Shown here: positions 29,207 through 40,745 of the stretch, one piece after another
How the letters are laid out: the number at the start of each line of letters is the position of its first letter
How positions within the stretch are numbered: position 1 is the first letter of the stretch
Assembly (NCBI GenBank): GCA_018702695.1
Contig: JABIYR010000101.1
Span: forward strand, 1 to 63,143
Reading direction: 5' to 3'
Origin: Nitrospina sp.
GTDB taxonomy: Bacteria > Nitrospinota > Nitrospinia > Nitrospinales > VA-1
Length of the DNA: 63,143 nucleotides
Notes under the pieces: model-generated
The model's database searches: none
What the model was told of the DNA's origin: nothing
What the model saw: only the letters and a program-made list of their open reading frames with translations
Program-made: the position numbers and the translations under genes

Positions 29207-29235
29207 TAAAATCGAACCTTTATATTAAGCATATA

Positions 29236-30990
29236 TTAATTTTCAGAATCAATCAGTCGAGAATCTATACCGGATTTTAGTTCTTCAAGGAAGGACTCAA
29301 AATCGAGGGTCCGCGTCTCTTTGGCACGCCGTCTGCGCACACCCAGAGTTTGGGATTCAACTTCTTTATCCCCTAAAACAATCATATAAGGGATCTTCTG
29401 TAATTGGGCCTCACGTATCTTGAACCCAATCTTCTCATTTCGCAAGTCTTTTTCTACTCGAATATCATATTTTTCAAACTTTTGAGCCAATTCTTCGGCA
29501 TATTCGGCATGTTTATCGGTTATCGGTAACAAAATAACCTGAACCGGAGCTAGCCATAACGGAAAAGCCCCCGCATAATGCTCGACCAAACAACCAAAAA
29601 ATCGCTCCAGCGAACCCATTAAAGCGCGGTGAAGCATAATCGGTCGATGGCGTTGACCATCTTCCTCAATATAGCTTATATCAAACCTTTCTGGAAGGTT
29701 AAAATCTACTTGTACCGTAGAAACTTGCCAATAGCGGTTCAGACTGTCTTTGATTTTAATGTCGATTTTAGGGCCATAAAAAACGCCTTCACCTGGATCG
29801 ACTTCAAAATCCAGGTTTTTGTTGTTCAGAGCATTTTCTAACGCTTTGGTGGCGGTTTCCCACCCCTCTTCCGAGCCGACGTATTTATCTGGCCGCGTGC
29901 TTAAATAAATTTTGTATTCGCAGAACCCAAATGACTGCAATATAAAAATGATCAACTCAAGAACTTTGGTGATTTCCGCTTCAATCTGAGAAGGGCGGCA
30001 AAACAAATGCGCATCGTCCTGAGTGAAACCTCGCACGCGCAGAAGGCCGTGCAAAACGCCAGAACGTTCGTAACGATAAACCGTGCCCAACTCGGCAAAC
30101 CGAACGGGCAGATCACGATAGCTTCTCAACTTGGTTTTATAAATCTGAATATGGAAAGGGCAATTCATCGGCTTCATGACATATTCTTTGCCTTCAATAT
30201 CCATGTTGGAGAACATATTATCTTTATAGAACTCCGTGTGACCGCTGGTTTTCCATAGATCTACTTTTGCCGCATGCGGGCTGATGACCATCTCGTAGCC
30301 ATTTTTAAAATGCTCCTTTTTCCAGAACTCTTCCATCAAGTGACGGATGCGCGCTCCCTTAGGATGCCAGAGAATCAGCCCCGGCCCGATTTCATCCGAA
30401 ACCGAAAACAAGTCTAACTCTTTGCCCAGCTTGCGATGGTCGCGCTTTTTGGCTTCTTCTAACCTTTTAAGATGGACGCGCAACTCCTTCTCTGTGTTCC
30501 AAGCCGTTCCGTAAATACGTTGTAGAACCGGGTTGCGCTCATCACCTCGCCAATAGGCCGATGAAGTGTGTAAGAGCTTGAAAGCCTTGATTTGCTTGGT
30601 GCTCTCAACATGCGGACCACGGCAAAGGTCGGCCCAGTCACCTTGAGAGTAAACCGATAGCGGTTCGCTGGAATCGATGGAGTCGATGATTTCGACTTTA
30701 AACTTCTCGCCCATGTCGCTGAATTTTTTTATCGCTTCATCACGAGGCAGTTCCGTGCGCGCAATTTTAATATCCTGTGCGGCGAGTTCCTTCATGCGTT
30801 TTTCGATTTTTTCTAAATCGTCGGGAACAAAAGCCTTATCGCGTGAGAAGTCATAATAGAAACCGTCTTCAATAACCGGGCCGATGGTGACCTGTGTTCC
30901 GGGGAACAGCTCCTGAACAGCTTGCGCCATTAAATGGGCGCAACTATGACGAAGCGTTTCTAAATCTATTTGATTGGGGTTGTTCGACAT
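29236..30990 (-). CDS. thrS: threonine--tRNA ligase (lacks N-terminal TGS domain)
   Basis: It starts in the editing domain (LRHSCAHLMAQAV), followed by the class II core (FRYERSGVLHGLLRVRGFTQDDAHLF) and a C-terminal anticodon-binding domain. Length 584 aa. Confidence 0.95.
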   Translation of the reverse strand: MSNNPNQIDLETLRHSCAHLMAQAVQELFPGTQVTIGPVIEDGFYYDFSRDKAFVPDDLEKIEKRMKELAAQDIKIARTELPRDEAIKKFSDMGEKFKVEIIDSIDSSEPLSVYSQGDWADLCRGPHVESTKQIKAFKLLHTSSAYWRGDERNPVLQRIYGTAWNTEKELRVHLKRLEEAKKRDHRKLGKELDLFSVSDEIGPGLILWHPKGARIRHLMEEFWKKEHFKNGYEMVISPHAAKVDLWKTSGHTEFYKDNMFSNMDIEGKEYVMKPMNCPFHIQIYKTKLRSYRDLPVRFAELGTVYRYERSGVLHGLLRVRGFTQDDAHLFCRPSQIEAEITKVLELIIFILQSFGFCEYKIYLSTRPDKYVGSEEGWETATKALENALNNKNLDFEVDPGEGVFYGPKIDIKIKDSLNRYWQVSTVQVDFNLPERFDISYIEEDGQRHRPIMLHRALMGSLERFFGCLVEHYAGAFPLWLAPVQVILLPITDKHAEYAEELAQKFEKYDIRVEKDLRNEKIGFKIREAQLQKIPYMIVLGDKEVESQTLGVRRRRAKETRTLDFESFLEELKSGIDSRLIDSEN

Positions 30991-31019
30991 CGAGTGAATC
31001 TCTTTAAAGCAAACGAAAA

Positions 31020-31045
31020 GGCATCATCCACACCGGCATGATGCC
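31020..31045 (-). terminator. rho-independent terminator downstream of tRNA-Val / upstream of thrS
   Basis: The minus strand reads GGCATCAT-gccggtgtgg-ATGATGCC followed by TTTTCGTTTGC. Confidence 0.6.
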
Positions 31046-31077
31046 AACAAAAACAGACCCTTAACAGGTCAAAAAAA

Positions 31078-31149
31078 TAGGCACGGGCGGTTTCGAACCG
31101 CCGACTCCTTGCATGTCAAGCAAGTACTCTACCCCTGAGCTACGCGCCT
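31078..31149 (-). tRNA. tRNA-Val (anticodon GAC)
   Basis: Manual cloverleaf: acceptor AGGCGCG/CGTGCCT, D arm GCTC-AGGGGTA-GAGT, anticodon arm CTTGC-TTGACAT-GCAAG, T arm GGCGG-TTCGAAA-CCGCC, discriminator A. CCA is not encoded. Confidence 0.9.
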
Positions 31150-31227
31150 GAAAAATCAGATGATGGCTATTGTAAGCATTATCAACCGTCTGGTCAAGCC
31201 CCACTCGGCGTGGGGCCAATAAAAATT

Positions 31228-31252
31228 CTTCCCTCCTCATTAGGGAGGGAAG
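31228..31252 (-). terminator. rho-independent terminator of the thi operon
   Basis: The minus strand reads CTTCCCTCC-ctaatga-GGAGGGAAG followed by AATTTTTATT, starting 30 nt after the thiC stop. Confidence 0.8.
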
Positions 31253-31282
31253 AAGAATGTTGCCGTATTGGTGATTTGAGGG

Positions 31283-33843
<2,561 letters not shown>

Positions 33844-33848
33844 GGTTA

Positions 33849-34631
33849 TTATAGCTCGATCAAGCCGTCCATCGGACTGCTGGCTGAAGCATAAAGTTTT
33901 TTCGGGATGCGTCCGGCTTCATAGGCTAAGCGCCCGCATTCCACTGCCATTTTCATGGCCAGAGACATTTTTAAAGGATCTTTGGCCCCGGCTATAGCTG
34001 TATTCATCAAAATACCTGACACGCCCAATTCCATGGCGCGGCTGGCATCTGAGGCTGTGCCGACCCCGGCATCTACAATGACGGGAATTTTAACCGCTTC
34101 GAGAATCAGCTTAATATTGTAGGGATTGCGAATGCCAAGCCCAGAGCCAATAGGGGCCGCAAGTGGCATGACGGCTGAACAGCCAATGGCTTCTAGTTTT
34201 TTGCAGAGCACGACATCATCGGTGCAATAGGGCAGAACATGAAACCCATCTTTAATGAGCAGTTCAGAGGCTTCCAGCGTCGCTTCGTTATCGGGGAACA
34301 GGGTTTTTTCGTCTCCGATGACCTCAACCTTGACGATGTTTCCCAGCCCGGCTTCGCGCGCCAACTCACAGGTCATCACGGCATCTTTCACCGTGTAGCA
34401 TCCCGCTGTGTTGGGCAGAAACGTATATTTTTTTGGGTCGAGGTGATTGAGAATGGAGTCTTTGTTTTTGTCCAACTCAATTCGGCGAACCGCAACCGTT
34501 ACCATTTCGGCTCCTGAAATTTCAATGGCCTGTCGAGTTTCATCGAAGGATTGATATTTTCCAGTTCCAACAATCAGTCGAGATTTGAAGGTTTTATCAC
34601 CGATTTTCATGAATTCTTTGCTTGTGTCCAT
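33849..34631 (-). CDS. thiG: thiazole synthase
   Basis: [33 protein letters not shown] and [13 protein letters not shown] motifs. Confidence 0.96.
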   Translation of the reverse strand: MDTSKEFMKIGDKTFKSRLIVGTGKYQSFDETRQAIEISGAEMVTVAVRRIELDKNKDSILNHLDPKKYTFLPNTAGCYTVKDAVMTCELAREAGLGNIVKVEVIGDEKTLFPDNEATLEASELLIKDGFHVLPYCTDDVVLCKKLEAIGCSAVMPLAAPIGSGLGIRNPYNIKLILEAVKIPVIVDAGVGTASDASRAMELGVSGILMNTAIAGAKDPLKMSLAMKMAVECGRLAYEAGRIPKKLYASASSPMDGLIEL

Positions 34632-34725
34632 AATTAGGTTGCCTTAAAAATTAAATAGAATGAGCCATATATATAAATTAATGTTTGCCACGGGCCATTG
34701 ATGAGGCTAGGCGAGTGGGGGGGGG

Positions 34726-34929
34726 TTAAATGCCGCCACCGACAGCATGTACAATTTCAACTTGGTCATTTTCCTGAATCGGGGTGGTGGCGTATTTAGA
34801 CCTAGGAACAACTTGCTGATTCAGGGCCATTGCAATATTGGGGGCCTGAATATCCAGCTCACTGATAAGGTCTTCCAGGTTCTGGCTTTTTAGTATTTCC
34901 CGGCTTTCGCCATTAATTGTCAATTTCAA
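34726..34929 (-). CDS. thiS: sulfur carrier protein ThiS
   Basis: A beta-grasp-sized protein ending HAVGGGI. The TTG at 34929 (LKLTINGE) lies 6 nt after GGAGAG, and the upstream ATG at 34968 has no SD. Confidence 0.8.
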   Translation of the reverse strand: MKLTINGESREILKSQNLEDLISELDIQAPNIAMALNQQVVPRSKYATTPIQENDQVEIVHAVGGGI

Positions 34930-35086
34930 GAGAATCTCTCCAAAAAAGGGGCAAGATTTAGCTGGCAATGGCCGTTAAATCAATGAGGCGGAACAAAAAT
35001 CGAAGATCAAGCGAGGTTCGGGGGCTATGGGCAAACAGCCACCCCTTAACTATTAAGGAAATACGGAAGACCTTTACAGAGGGTCT

Positions 35087-35168
35087 CACTTCCCTTCGCT
35101 GGCATGATCCAGATCAGGTTCAAAGGGTCGTCCTTATCAGGACTCTCAGTTCAAAAACGCCCCCAGTG
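35087..35168 (-). promoter_or_regulatory. TPP (THI-box) riboswitch upstream of thiS-thiG-thiE-thiC
   Basis: The minus strand reads CACTGGGGCG...CTGAGAGTCCTGATAAGGACGACCCTTTGAACCTGATCTGGATCATGCCAGCGAAGGGAAGTG. The CTGAGA and ACCTGATCTGGATnATGCCAGCG cores and the closing P1 helix CACT/AGTG are all present. Confidence 0.92.
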
Positions 35169-35251
35169 ATCGTGTTCAACCTAGACTATTTCAAATTTCC
35201 TACAAGTCAAGAATTATTGACGTGAAAATAAAAAAGAGTACTATTCACATT

Positions 35252-36454
35252 ATGAATTATAAATCAATATTACATATTATTTTAATGATTTTGATGGTCG
35301 GGGTCGGTGGTTGTGCCACAGGTTCAGGGTCCATGAACCCCTATTTTGAAATACCGCCTGACCGCCTCCTCAAAACCGAGCAGGAGTTATACAATAGCGC
35401 TCTGGATAAGCTCAAGAACAACTATCCGGAAGAATCGGTGGCTCTCTGGAAGCGTTTTTTGGAGCACAACCCGAGGTCGTTTAGAGGATACAATAATCTG
35501 GGCATGGCTCTCTATTCAAACGACCAGCTGGAACCATCTATCGATGCTTTTGAAACGGCTCTGTCTTTAGAACCCTTTGACCTTAAAATCAAAGATAACC
35601 TAAAAAGAGCATTACGGTTCCAAGTCACGATTCTGCGTGAAAATAAAAAATATGAAACAGCCATCGAGCATCTGGAAAGAGTGAAAAAACTCACGGACGA
35701 GCCGAAAAAAGAAGCGGTGGCGTTAGAGATAGAAACTTTGCAAGACCTCATTTATGAGCAAGTCAAACGGGTGAACACGCTGGAAGATTATGAAGCCTTT
35801 TTGGTGAAATACCCCGATAACCCTAAAAATTCCGATGAAGCCCGGCGCAAAATTGCGGCAATGAAACCGCAAGAAGCCCCGATGGGAACCTTCCCGGAGA
35901 TGCAGGGAGAGATGCAATCTGCTCCCGGTCAAAGGCCGACGCAATCTCAGCAGGAATCTTTTGTTGCCGAATCATTTGTTGTCGAGCCGGTGGAGGCAAT
36001 GCCCACCCCATCACAGCCTGTTCGCAAAGAAACAATTGAAATTGTGGCAGAGACGAAAGTACCTGAAAAAGTAGAAGACATGCCCGCTGAAACGGTGGAG
36101 GAGAAGCAAGAACCTGAGGTAAAAGAAACCGTTCCTACAGCCATGAAGCGACCTAAACTGGCAGAACCGGTGCGAGACCGGGTTCCCGACCCGAGTGCAG
36201 AAATGAAGCGCGAAAAACCGACTCCGTCTGTTCCGGCGGTTAAGCCTGCGCCGCAAAAGCGTGTGCGCATTGTGACCCGCAAAACCCCACTTAGAGTGCG
36301 AGAGAGCCCCAATAATAAGTCCAAGGTGGTGTCGGCACTTTCCAAAGATACCGTGGTGCCCGTCTTGCAGGAAACCAAAGACTGGTTTCAGGTTGAGTAC
36401 GAAAAAGGCAAAAAGGGTTGGATCGTTAAAAAATACTCTAAACAACTTCCCTAA
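35252..36454 (+). CDS. lipoprotein with N-terminal TPR repeats, Pro/Glu-rich linker and C-terminal bacterial SH3 domain
   Basis: Lipobox MVGVGGC, TPR units (YNNLGMALYSNDQLEPSIDAFETAL) and a C-terminal SH3b-like segment LRVRESPNNKSKVVSALSKDTVVPVLQETKDWFQVEYEKGKKGWI. An alternative GTG start lies at 35222. Confidence 0.7.
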   Translation: MNYKSILHIILMILMVGVGGCATGSGSMNPYFEIPPDRLLKTEQELYNSALDKLKNNYPEESVALWKRFLEHNPRSFRGYNNLGMALYSNDQLEPSIDAFETALSLEPFDLKIKDNLKRALRFQVTILRENKKYETAIEHLERVKKLTDEPKKEAVALEIETLQDLIYEQVKRVNTLEDYEAFLVKYPDNPKNSDEARRKIAAMKPQEAPMGTFPEMQGEMQSAPGQRPTQSQQESFVAESFVVEPVEAMPTPSQPVRKETIEIVAETKVPEKVEDMPAETVEEKQEPEVKETVPTAMKRPKLAEPVRDRVPDPSAEMKREKPTPSVPAVKPAPQKRVRIVTRKTPLRVRESPNNKSKVVSALSKDTVVPVLQETKDWFQVEYEKGKKGWIVKKYSKQLP

Positions 36455-36461
36455 AAGCTGT

Positions 36462-37916
36462 TCAAGGCTTCCGATTGGGAAGGTGAGCGACGACTGCTAA
36501 CGGTTGTTGCGCAGGAAGAGTGATGGTAAAGGTGGTGCCTTCGCCCGGTTTACTGGTGACGGACAGGGTTCCTTTATGATGGTCAACGATCTTTTTGCAA
36601 ATAGAAAGACCGATGCCCGAGCCTTCATATTTACTTTTGCCATGCAGTCGTTGAAAAGGCTGAAATATCAGCTCTGTGTATTTTTCATCAAAACCAATGC
36701 CATTGTCCTCAACGTTTATTTCCCAATACCCATCCTCTTTTTTTCTGCCCAAAATATTGATGACTGGGGCTTTGCCCGCCTGGCTATATTTCAAAGAATT
36801 GCCAATGAGGTTGGTGAATAATTGTTGCAGTTGACTTTTGTTGCCTTCGATTAATGGCAGATTTTCAGTGTGGATGACTGCCTGCGTGGTGAGAATTACC
36901 TGTTCAAACTCTTCGCAAGCCGAGGCTACTTTTTTTTCTAAATCGACCAACTCATAGGGTGCTTGTTCGGTGTTGATTTGTGAATAATGGAGCAGGTCTT
37001 CAATAAGATTTTTCATGCGAAGAGTCGCTTTTCTCATCTTCGTGAGGTAGTTGCGGTTTTGCTCGTCTAAACCGGCTTCTTGCTCTTGTATAAGGTCGCC
37101 AAAAGTAATTATCTTACGCAAAGGCTCCTGTAAATCGTGAGACGCTATGAAGGCAAAATCTTCTAACTCTTTATTGCTTCTCTTCAACTCCTCGGCATAG
37201 TCCGATAACCGTTGCTCATCCTTTTTGCGTTTCGCAATATCTTGAATGATGGCAACAAAAATGGGAGGCGACTCTTCTTTCATCCATTGCAAGCGTATCT
37301 CTACGGGGTAACACGTTCCATCTTTTCGTTGATGCATGGTTTCAAAAACCACTAAAGGTTTTTGTCCGCTTTTCAGAGGAGCGATTAATTCTTCAAAATC
37401 ATCTTGGGTATACCCCGGTTTCAAATCGAGTGGAGTGAGGTGGGTCAATTCTTCCATTGAATAGTTAAGGTTATTGCGGGCGCCTGAATTGACCTGAGTG
37501 AACTTTAAGGTTTCACCGTCAAAAATATAAATCTCATTGAAAGAATTATCTAAAATACGTCCAAACCGAGCTAGCAGAAGTTCTGTTTTTTGGCGTTCTT
37601 CCTCAGCTGAGTTAATTTGCTGGAAATAATTATGAATTTGGTAGACACCCACCATCATTAGACCCGATATCAAAAGCGCGACCCCTTCTGCCACAGAGTC
37701 GGGGGGCTGACTGGTCTCTCCAGTCAGGAATCGAAATAAGGTGATGCATCGCCGTACACCCATCAATATGATTGCTGAAGAAATCAGAATCCAGGACCAG
37801 CGGTTGCAAGTGATTTTTATCAGTCGCAGAGCCAAAATTGCGGTGATGAACTGAAAACAAATGGAGGTGCTTAAAATAAATAAAGCGATCATTGCGAAGT
37901 GGTTTTTAGAGGGCAA
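36462..37916 (-). CDS. PAS-domain sensor histidine kinase
   Basis: N-terminal TM segments, a PAS region, the H-box FIASHDLQEPLRKI, the N-box NLIGNSLKY, and G-boxes EDNGIGF and GSGIGLSICKKI. Confidence 0.88.
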   Translation of the reverse strand: MPSKNHFAMIALFILSTSICFQFITAILALRLIKITCNRWSWILISSAIILMGVRRCITLFRFLTGETSQPPDSVAEGVALLISGLMMVGVYQIHNYFQQINSAEEERQKTELLLARFGRILDNSFNEIYIFDGETLKFTQVNSGARNNLNYSMEELTHLTPLDLKPGYTQDDFEELIAPLKSGQKPLVVFETMHQRKDGTCYPVEIRLQWMKEESPPIFVAIIQDIAKRKKDEQRLSDYAEELKRSNKELEDFAFIASHDLQEPLRKIITFGDLIQEQEAGLDEQNRNYLTKMRKATLRMKNLIEDLLHYSQINTEQAPYELVDLEKKVASACEEFEQVILTTQAVIHTENLPLIEGNKSQLQQLFTNLIGNSLKYSQAGKAPVINILGRKKEDGYWEINVEDNGIGFDEKYTELIFQPFQRLHGKSKYEGSGIGLSICKKIVDHHKGTLSVTSKPGEGTTFTITLPAQQPLAVVAHLPNRKP

Positions 37917-38172
37917 AAACCTTGACTGGCTGAGATCAAGGTTTCAATGACCCAAGTTTGGTCATTCGATAAAATGATACCACGCTAAAAGTCAGATAAG
38001 GGGAAACTTTGGCAAAAAATGAGAGCTTGATATCTATCTTTGCTCAAAAGCACAGGATAAATTAATGAATGATTGCTATTTGCCTCCACAGCAAGCGGGT
38101 GATATCATTGAATAAATGTGAGTTTTAGAGTAATTGTTTTGTTGTCACCTATTAAAATCAATCTTTGATACT

Positions 38173-38616
38173 ATGGTTGCACCGATTAAATTATCTGTTC
38201 CCAGCGACCCAAAATATTTGGGTCTGGTCCGTAAAGTGTTGCAGGAGCTTTTGGACAAACATCGTGTTCCCGATGATACGGCTCGTCGCCTGATACTTTG
38301 TGTCGATGAGGCTTGTGCGAATATTATCAAGCACAGTTATGAGGGCCCCTGCGATGAACCCATCGAGGCGACCTTCACAATAGAGGACGATGATTTCAAG
38401 GTTCAGATTCGCGATTACGGCAAACAATGTGACACCAGCAAGATAAAACCGAGAGAGTTGGATTGCATCAGGCCGGGTGGGCTCGGTACGCACTTCATGA
38501 ATGAAGTTATGGATGAGGTCAGTTATTGCACTGACCGAGCAAAGGGTACGTTGTTGACCATGATCAAACATTTAAAATCAGAATTCACTTCAGCGCGAGA
38601 TAAGGACAAAGGCTAA
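38173..38616 (+). CDS. RsbW/SpoIIAB-type anti-sigma factor-like serine kinase (HATPase_c)
   Basis: MVAPIKLSVPSDPKYLGLVRKVL N-terminus, N-box DEACANIIKHSY, IRDYG and RPGGLGTHFM. I prefer the ATG at 38173 to the TTG at 38134. Confidence 0.8.
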   Translation: MVAPIKLSVPSDPKYLGLVRKVLQELLDKHRVPDDTARRLILCVDEACANIIKHSYEGPCDEPIEATFTIEDDDFKVQIRDYGKQCDTSKIKPRELDCIRPGGLGTHFMNEVMDEVSYCTDRAKGTLLTMIKHLKSEFTSARDKDKG

Positions 38617-38618
38617 TC

Positions 38619-38954
38619 ATGGGTATAGATTTAAAATTAGAAAAGGGTGAAGGTGCGGTGACCGTTGCGGTCTGCGGTGAGATTGACATGAGTTCTTCGA
38701 CCCAAATGCGGGATGCTTTGTCTCCCCTCTTTCAAAATAATAATAAAGTTATCGTGGTGGATTTGTCGGGAGTTTCCTATATAGACAGTTCGGGCATTGC
38801 GACTCTCGTTGAGGGGTTGCAGTGGAGCCACAGTAGCAAGAACAAGTTTCGTCTTGCGGCATTGACCCCTGGCGTGAAGGATGTGTTTGAGATTGCACGC
38901 CTGCTGACAGTTTTTGAAGTTTTCGATACGAAAGAACAAGCCCTGACCCCATAG
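38619..38954 (+). CDS. STAS-domain protein (anti-sigma-factor antagonist RsbV/SpoIIAA type)
   Basis: 111 aa with VVDLSGVSYIDSSGIATLV carrying the conserved phospho-acceptor Ser context. It starts 2 nt after the kinase stop. Confidence 0.85.
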   Translation: MGIDLKLEKGEGAVTVAVCGEIDMSSSTQMRDALSPLFQNNNKVIVVDLSGVSYIDSSGIATLVEGLQWSHSSKNKFRLAALTPGVKDVFEIARLLTVFEVFDTKEQALTP

Positions 38955-39117
38955 GGCCTCATGCGGGGTATGAGACAAATGAAGGGGACAGTACCGAGGC
39001 ACGAAGGTAGGGGCGAGCAAAATCACTCAGAGGGGACAAACCTTTTGAGAGAGGATTTTGCGCGATGAGTCAGACTCAAGCTATTGTTCCTCTATTATTT
39101 AGGGTATTTACGAATTC

Positions 39118-39936
39118 ATGGTCAGATCATTTTTCGGGTTTATTGGAAGACGGGGGTTCGAGTTCACCGGAGTCTTTGAGAATTTCTTCAAAGAGATCAG
39201 TGGATTGTATTACCTGACCCGGGCCACTTTATATTGCACATTTTTAGAACCTCTACGCGGCAAACCGAATAAGTGGAAGCCGGTATGGACGCAGATGGAG
39301 GAAGTCGGAGTCAAATCGACCACCATTGTATTTCTGGTGTCATTTCTGATTGGGGTTATTCTTGCATTTCAATCGGCGCATCAGTTGAGCCGTTTGGGAG
39401 CGTTAGACTTTGTAGGGGCTTTGGTCGGCGTTGCCATTTTGCGCGAGTTGGGGCCTTTGATGACAGCGCTAGTTATGTCTGGGCGGGTCGGGGCGGCATT
39501 CACTGCTGAATTGGGAACAATGAAGGTTTCCGACGAAGTGCTAGCATTAGAGATCATGGCATTGAACCCGGTCAAGTTTTTGATCACGCCTCGATTTTTG
39601 GCATTGTTAATCATGCTCCCGTGCTTGACCATCATGGCAGATTTGATGGGAATTTTAGGCGGGTTTCTAATTGGCACCACCACGCTGGGCATTGACCCGG
39701 TGACCTATATCAATAATTCGCTCGATGCGATGGTGATTAAGGACGTGGTAACCGGCTTGATCAAAAGTGTGGTGTTCGCGGTTATCATTGTCATGGTGGG
39801 TAGCTATATGGCTTTCATCATAGAAGGTGGCGCCGAAATGGTCGGGCAGAACACCCGCACCGCAGTTGTGGTATCGATGATTTTGGTGATCATCGCTGAC
39901 TTGGTATTTACATCCTTATTTTTCTTTGTGACCTGA
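39118..39936 (+). CDS. mlaE: MlaE-family ABC transporter permease
   Basis: About 270 aa and polytopic, with GALVGVAILRELGPLMTALVMSGRVGAAFTAELGTMKVSDEVLALEIM, characteristic of MlaE/Ttg2B. Confidence 0.9.
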   Translation: MVRSFFGFIGRRGFEFTGVFENFFKEISGLYYLTRATLYCTFLEPLRGKPNKWKPVWTQMEEVGVKSTTIVFLVSFLIGVILAFQSAHQLSRLGALDFVGALVGVAILRELGPLMTALVMSGRVGAAFTAELGTMKVSDEVLALEIMALNPVKFLITPRFLALLIMLPCLTIMADLMGILGGFLIGTTTLGIDPVTYINNSLDAMVIKDVVTGLIKSVVFAVIIVMVGSYMAFIIEGGAEMVGQNTRTAVVVSMILVIIADLVFTSLFFFVT

Positions 39937-40742
39937 TGATAGAAGTTAAGAACCTGAAAAAAACGTTTGGCGAAGGCGATAAGCGCATCACCGTGCTGGA
40001 AGATTTTAATGCGCATATGGAAAAAGGCCAGATCACTTCCATCATTGGCGGCAGTGGCAGTGGCAAGAGCACGGTGCTCAAACATTTGATCGGGGCTTAT
40101 CGTCCTGATTTTGGAGAAATCTGGATTGATGGGGAAGAGGTCACTCAGCTTAAAGGGGAGGCGATCAGTTCTGTACGAAAAAAATTTGGCATCATGTTCC
40201 AGAGCGGGGCTTTATTCAACTCGTTGACGGTGGAAGATAATGTAGCATTGCCCATGCGCGAACATACCAGCCTCAATGAGGGCACCATTTTGATCATGGT
40301 CAAAATGAAACTGGAGATGGTGGGGTTAAGAGGGGCCGAACACCTCAAGCCGGCGCAACTTTCTGGCGGCATGGTTAAACGTATTGCCTTGGCCCGGGCC
40401 ATTGCTCTGGACCCTAAGATAGTTTTTTATGACGAGCCATCAGCGGGGTTGGACCCGATTTCTATTGGCGTGATTGATAAATTAATCATCGATCTCAGCA
40501 AAAAAATGGGTATCACATCGGTGGTGGTCACTCATGAAATTCCCAGTGCTATGCGAATTTCGGATAAAATTATTATGTTGTTTAAAGGCAAGATCATCGC
40601 TGAGGGAACGCCAGAAGAAATTCGCAACAGTGCTGACCCAAGAGTGATTCAGTTTATTGAAGGCAGTCCTGATGGACCCATTCCGTTCAGCAAAAGTCAG
40701 ACGGATTATGGAGAAGAACTTAAAGAGATGAGTCGAGTCTAA
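39936..40742 (+). CDS. mlaF: MlaF-family ABC transporter ATP-binding protein
   Basis: Walker A GGSGSGKS, signature LSGGMVKRIALARA and Walker B IVFYDEPSAGLDP. The start overlaps the mlaE stop (ATGA). Confidence 0.92.
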   Translation: MIEVKNLKKTFGEGDKRITVLEDFNAHMEKGQITSIIGGSGSGKSTVLKHLIGAYRPDFGEIWIDGEEVTQLKGEAISSVRKKFGIMFQSGALFNSLTVEDNVALPMREHTSLNEGTILIMVKMKLEMVGLRGAEHLKPAQLSGGMVKRIALARAIALDPKIVFYDEPSAGLDPISIGVIDKLIIDLSKKMGITSVVVTHEIPSAMRISDKIIMLFKGKIIAEGTPEEIRNSADPRVIQFIEGSPDGPIPFSKSQTDYGEELKEMSRV

Positions 40743-40745
40743 ATT

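Noticed and set aside
31078-31282. tRNA-Val, and tRNA-Gln at 54277, as possible integration sites for genomic islands.
   Set aside because: No integrase, no partial tRNA direct repeat and no phage or transposon genes lie nearby. The flanking genes are housekeeping (thrS and thiC; ispE and prs).
34968-35225. An 85-aa plus-strand ORF upstream of the TPR-SH3 lipoprotein gene.
   Set aside because: It lies antisense to the TPP riboswitch and its expression platform, and the riboswitch explains the conservation-like signal. It is not coding.
35947-36445. Two antisense ORFs of 143-144 aa inside the TPR-SH3 lipoprotein gene.
   Set aside because: They lie opposite the Pro/Glu-rich low-complexity region, where biased composition suppresses stop codons. 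Their translations are Ser/Gly/Thr/Arg-rich nonsense.
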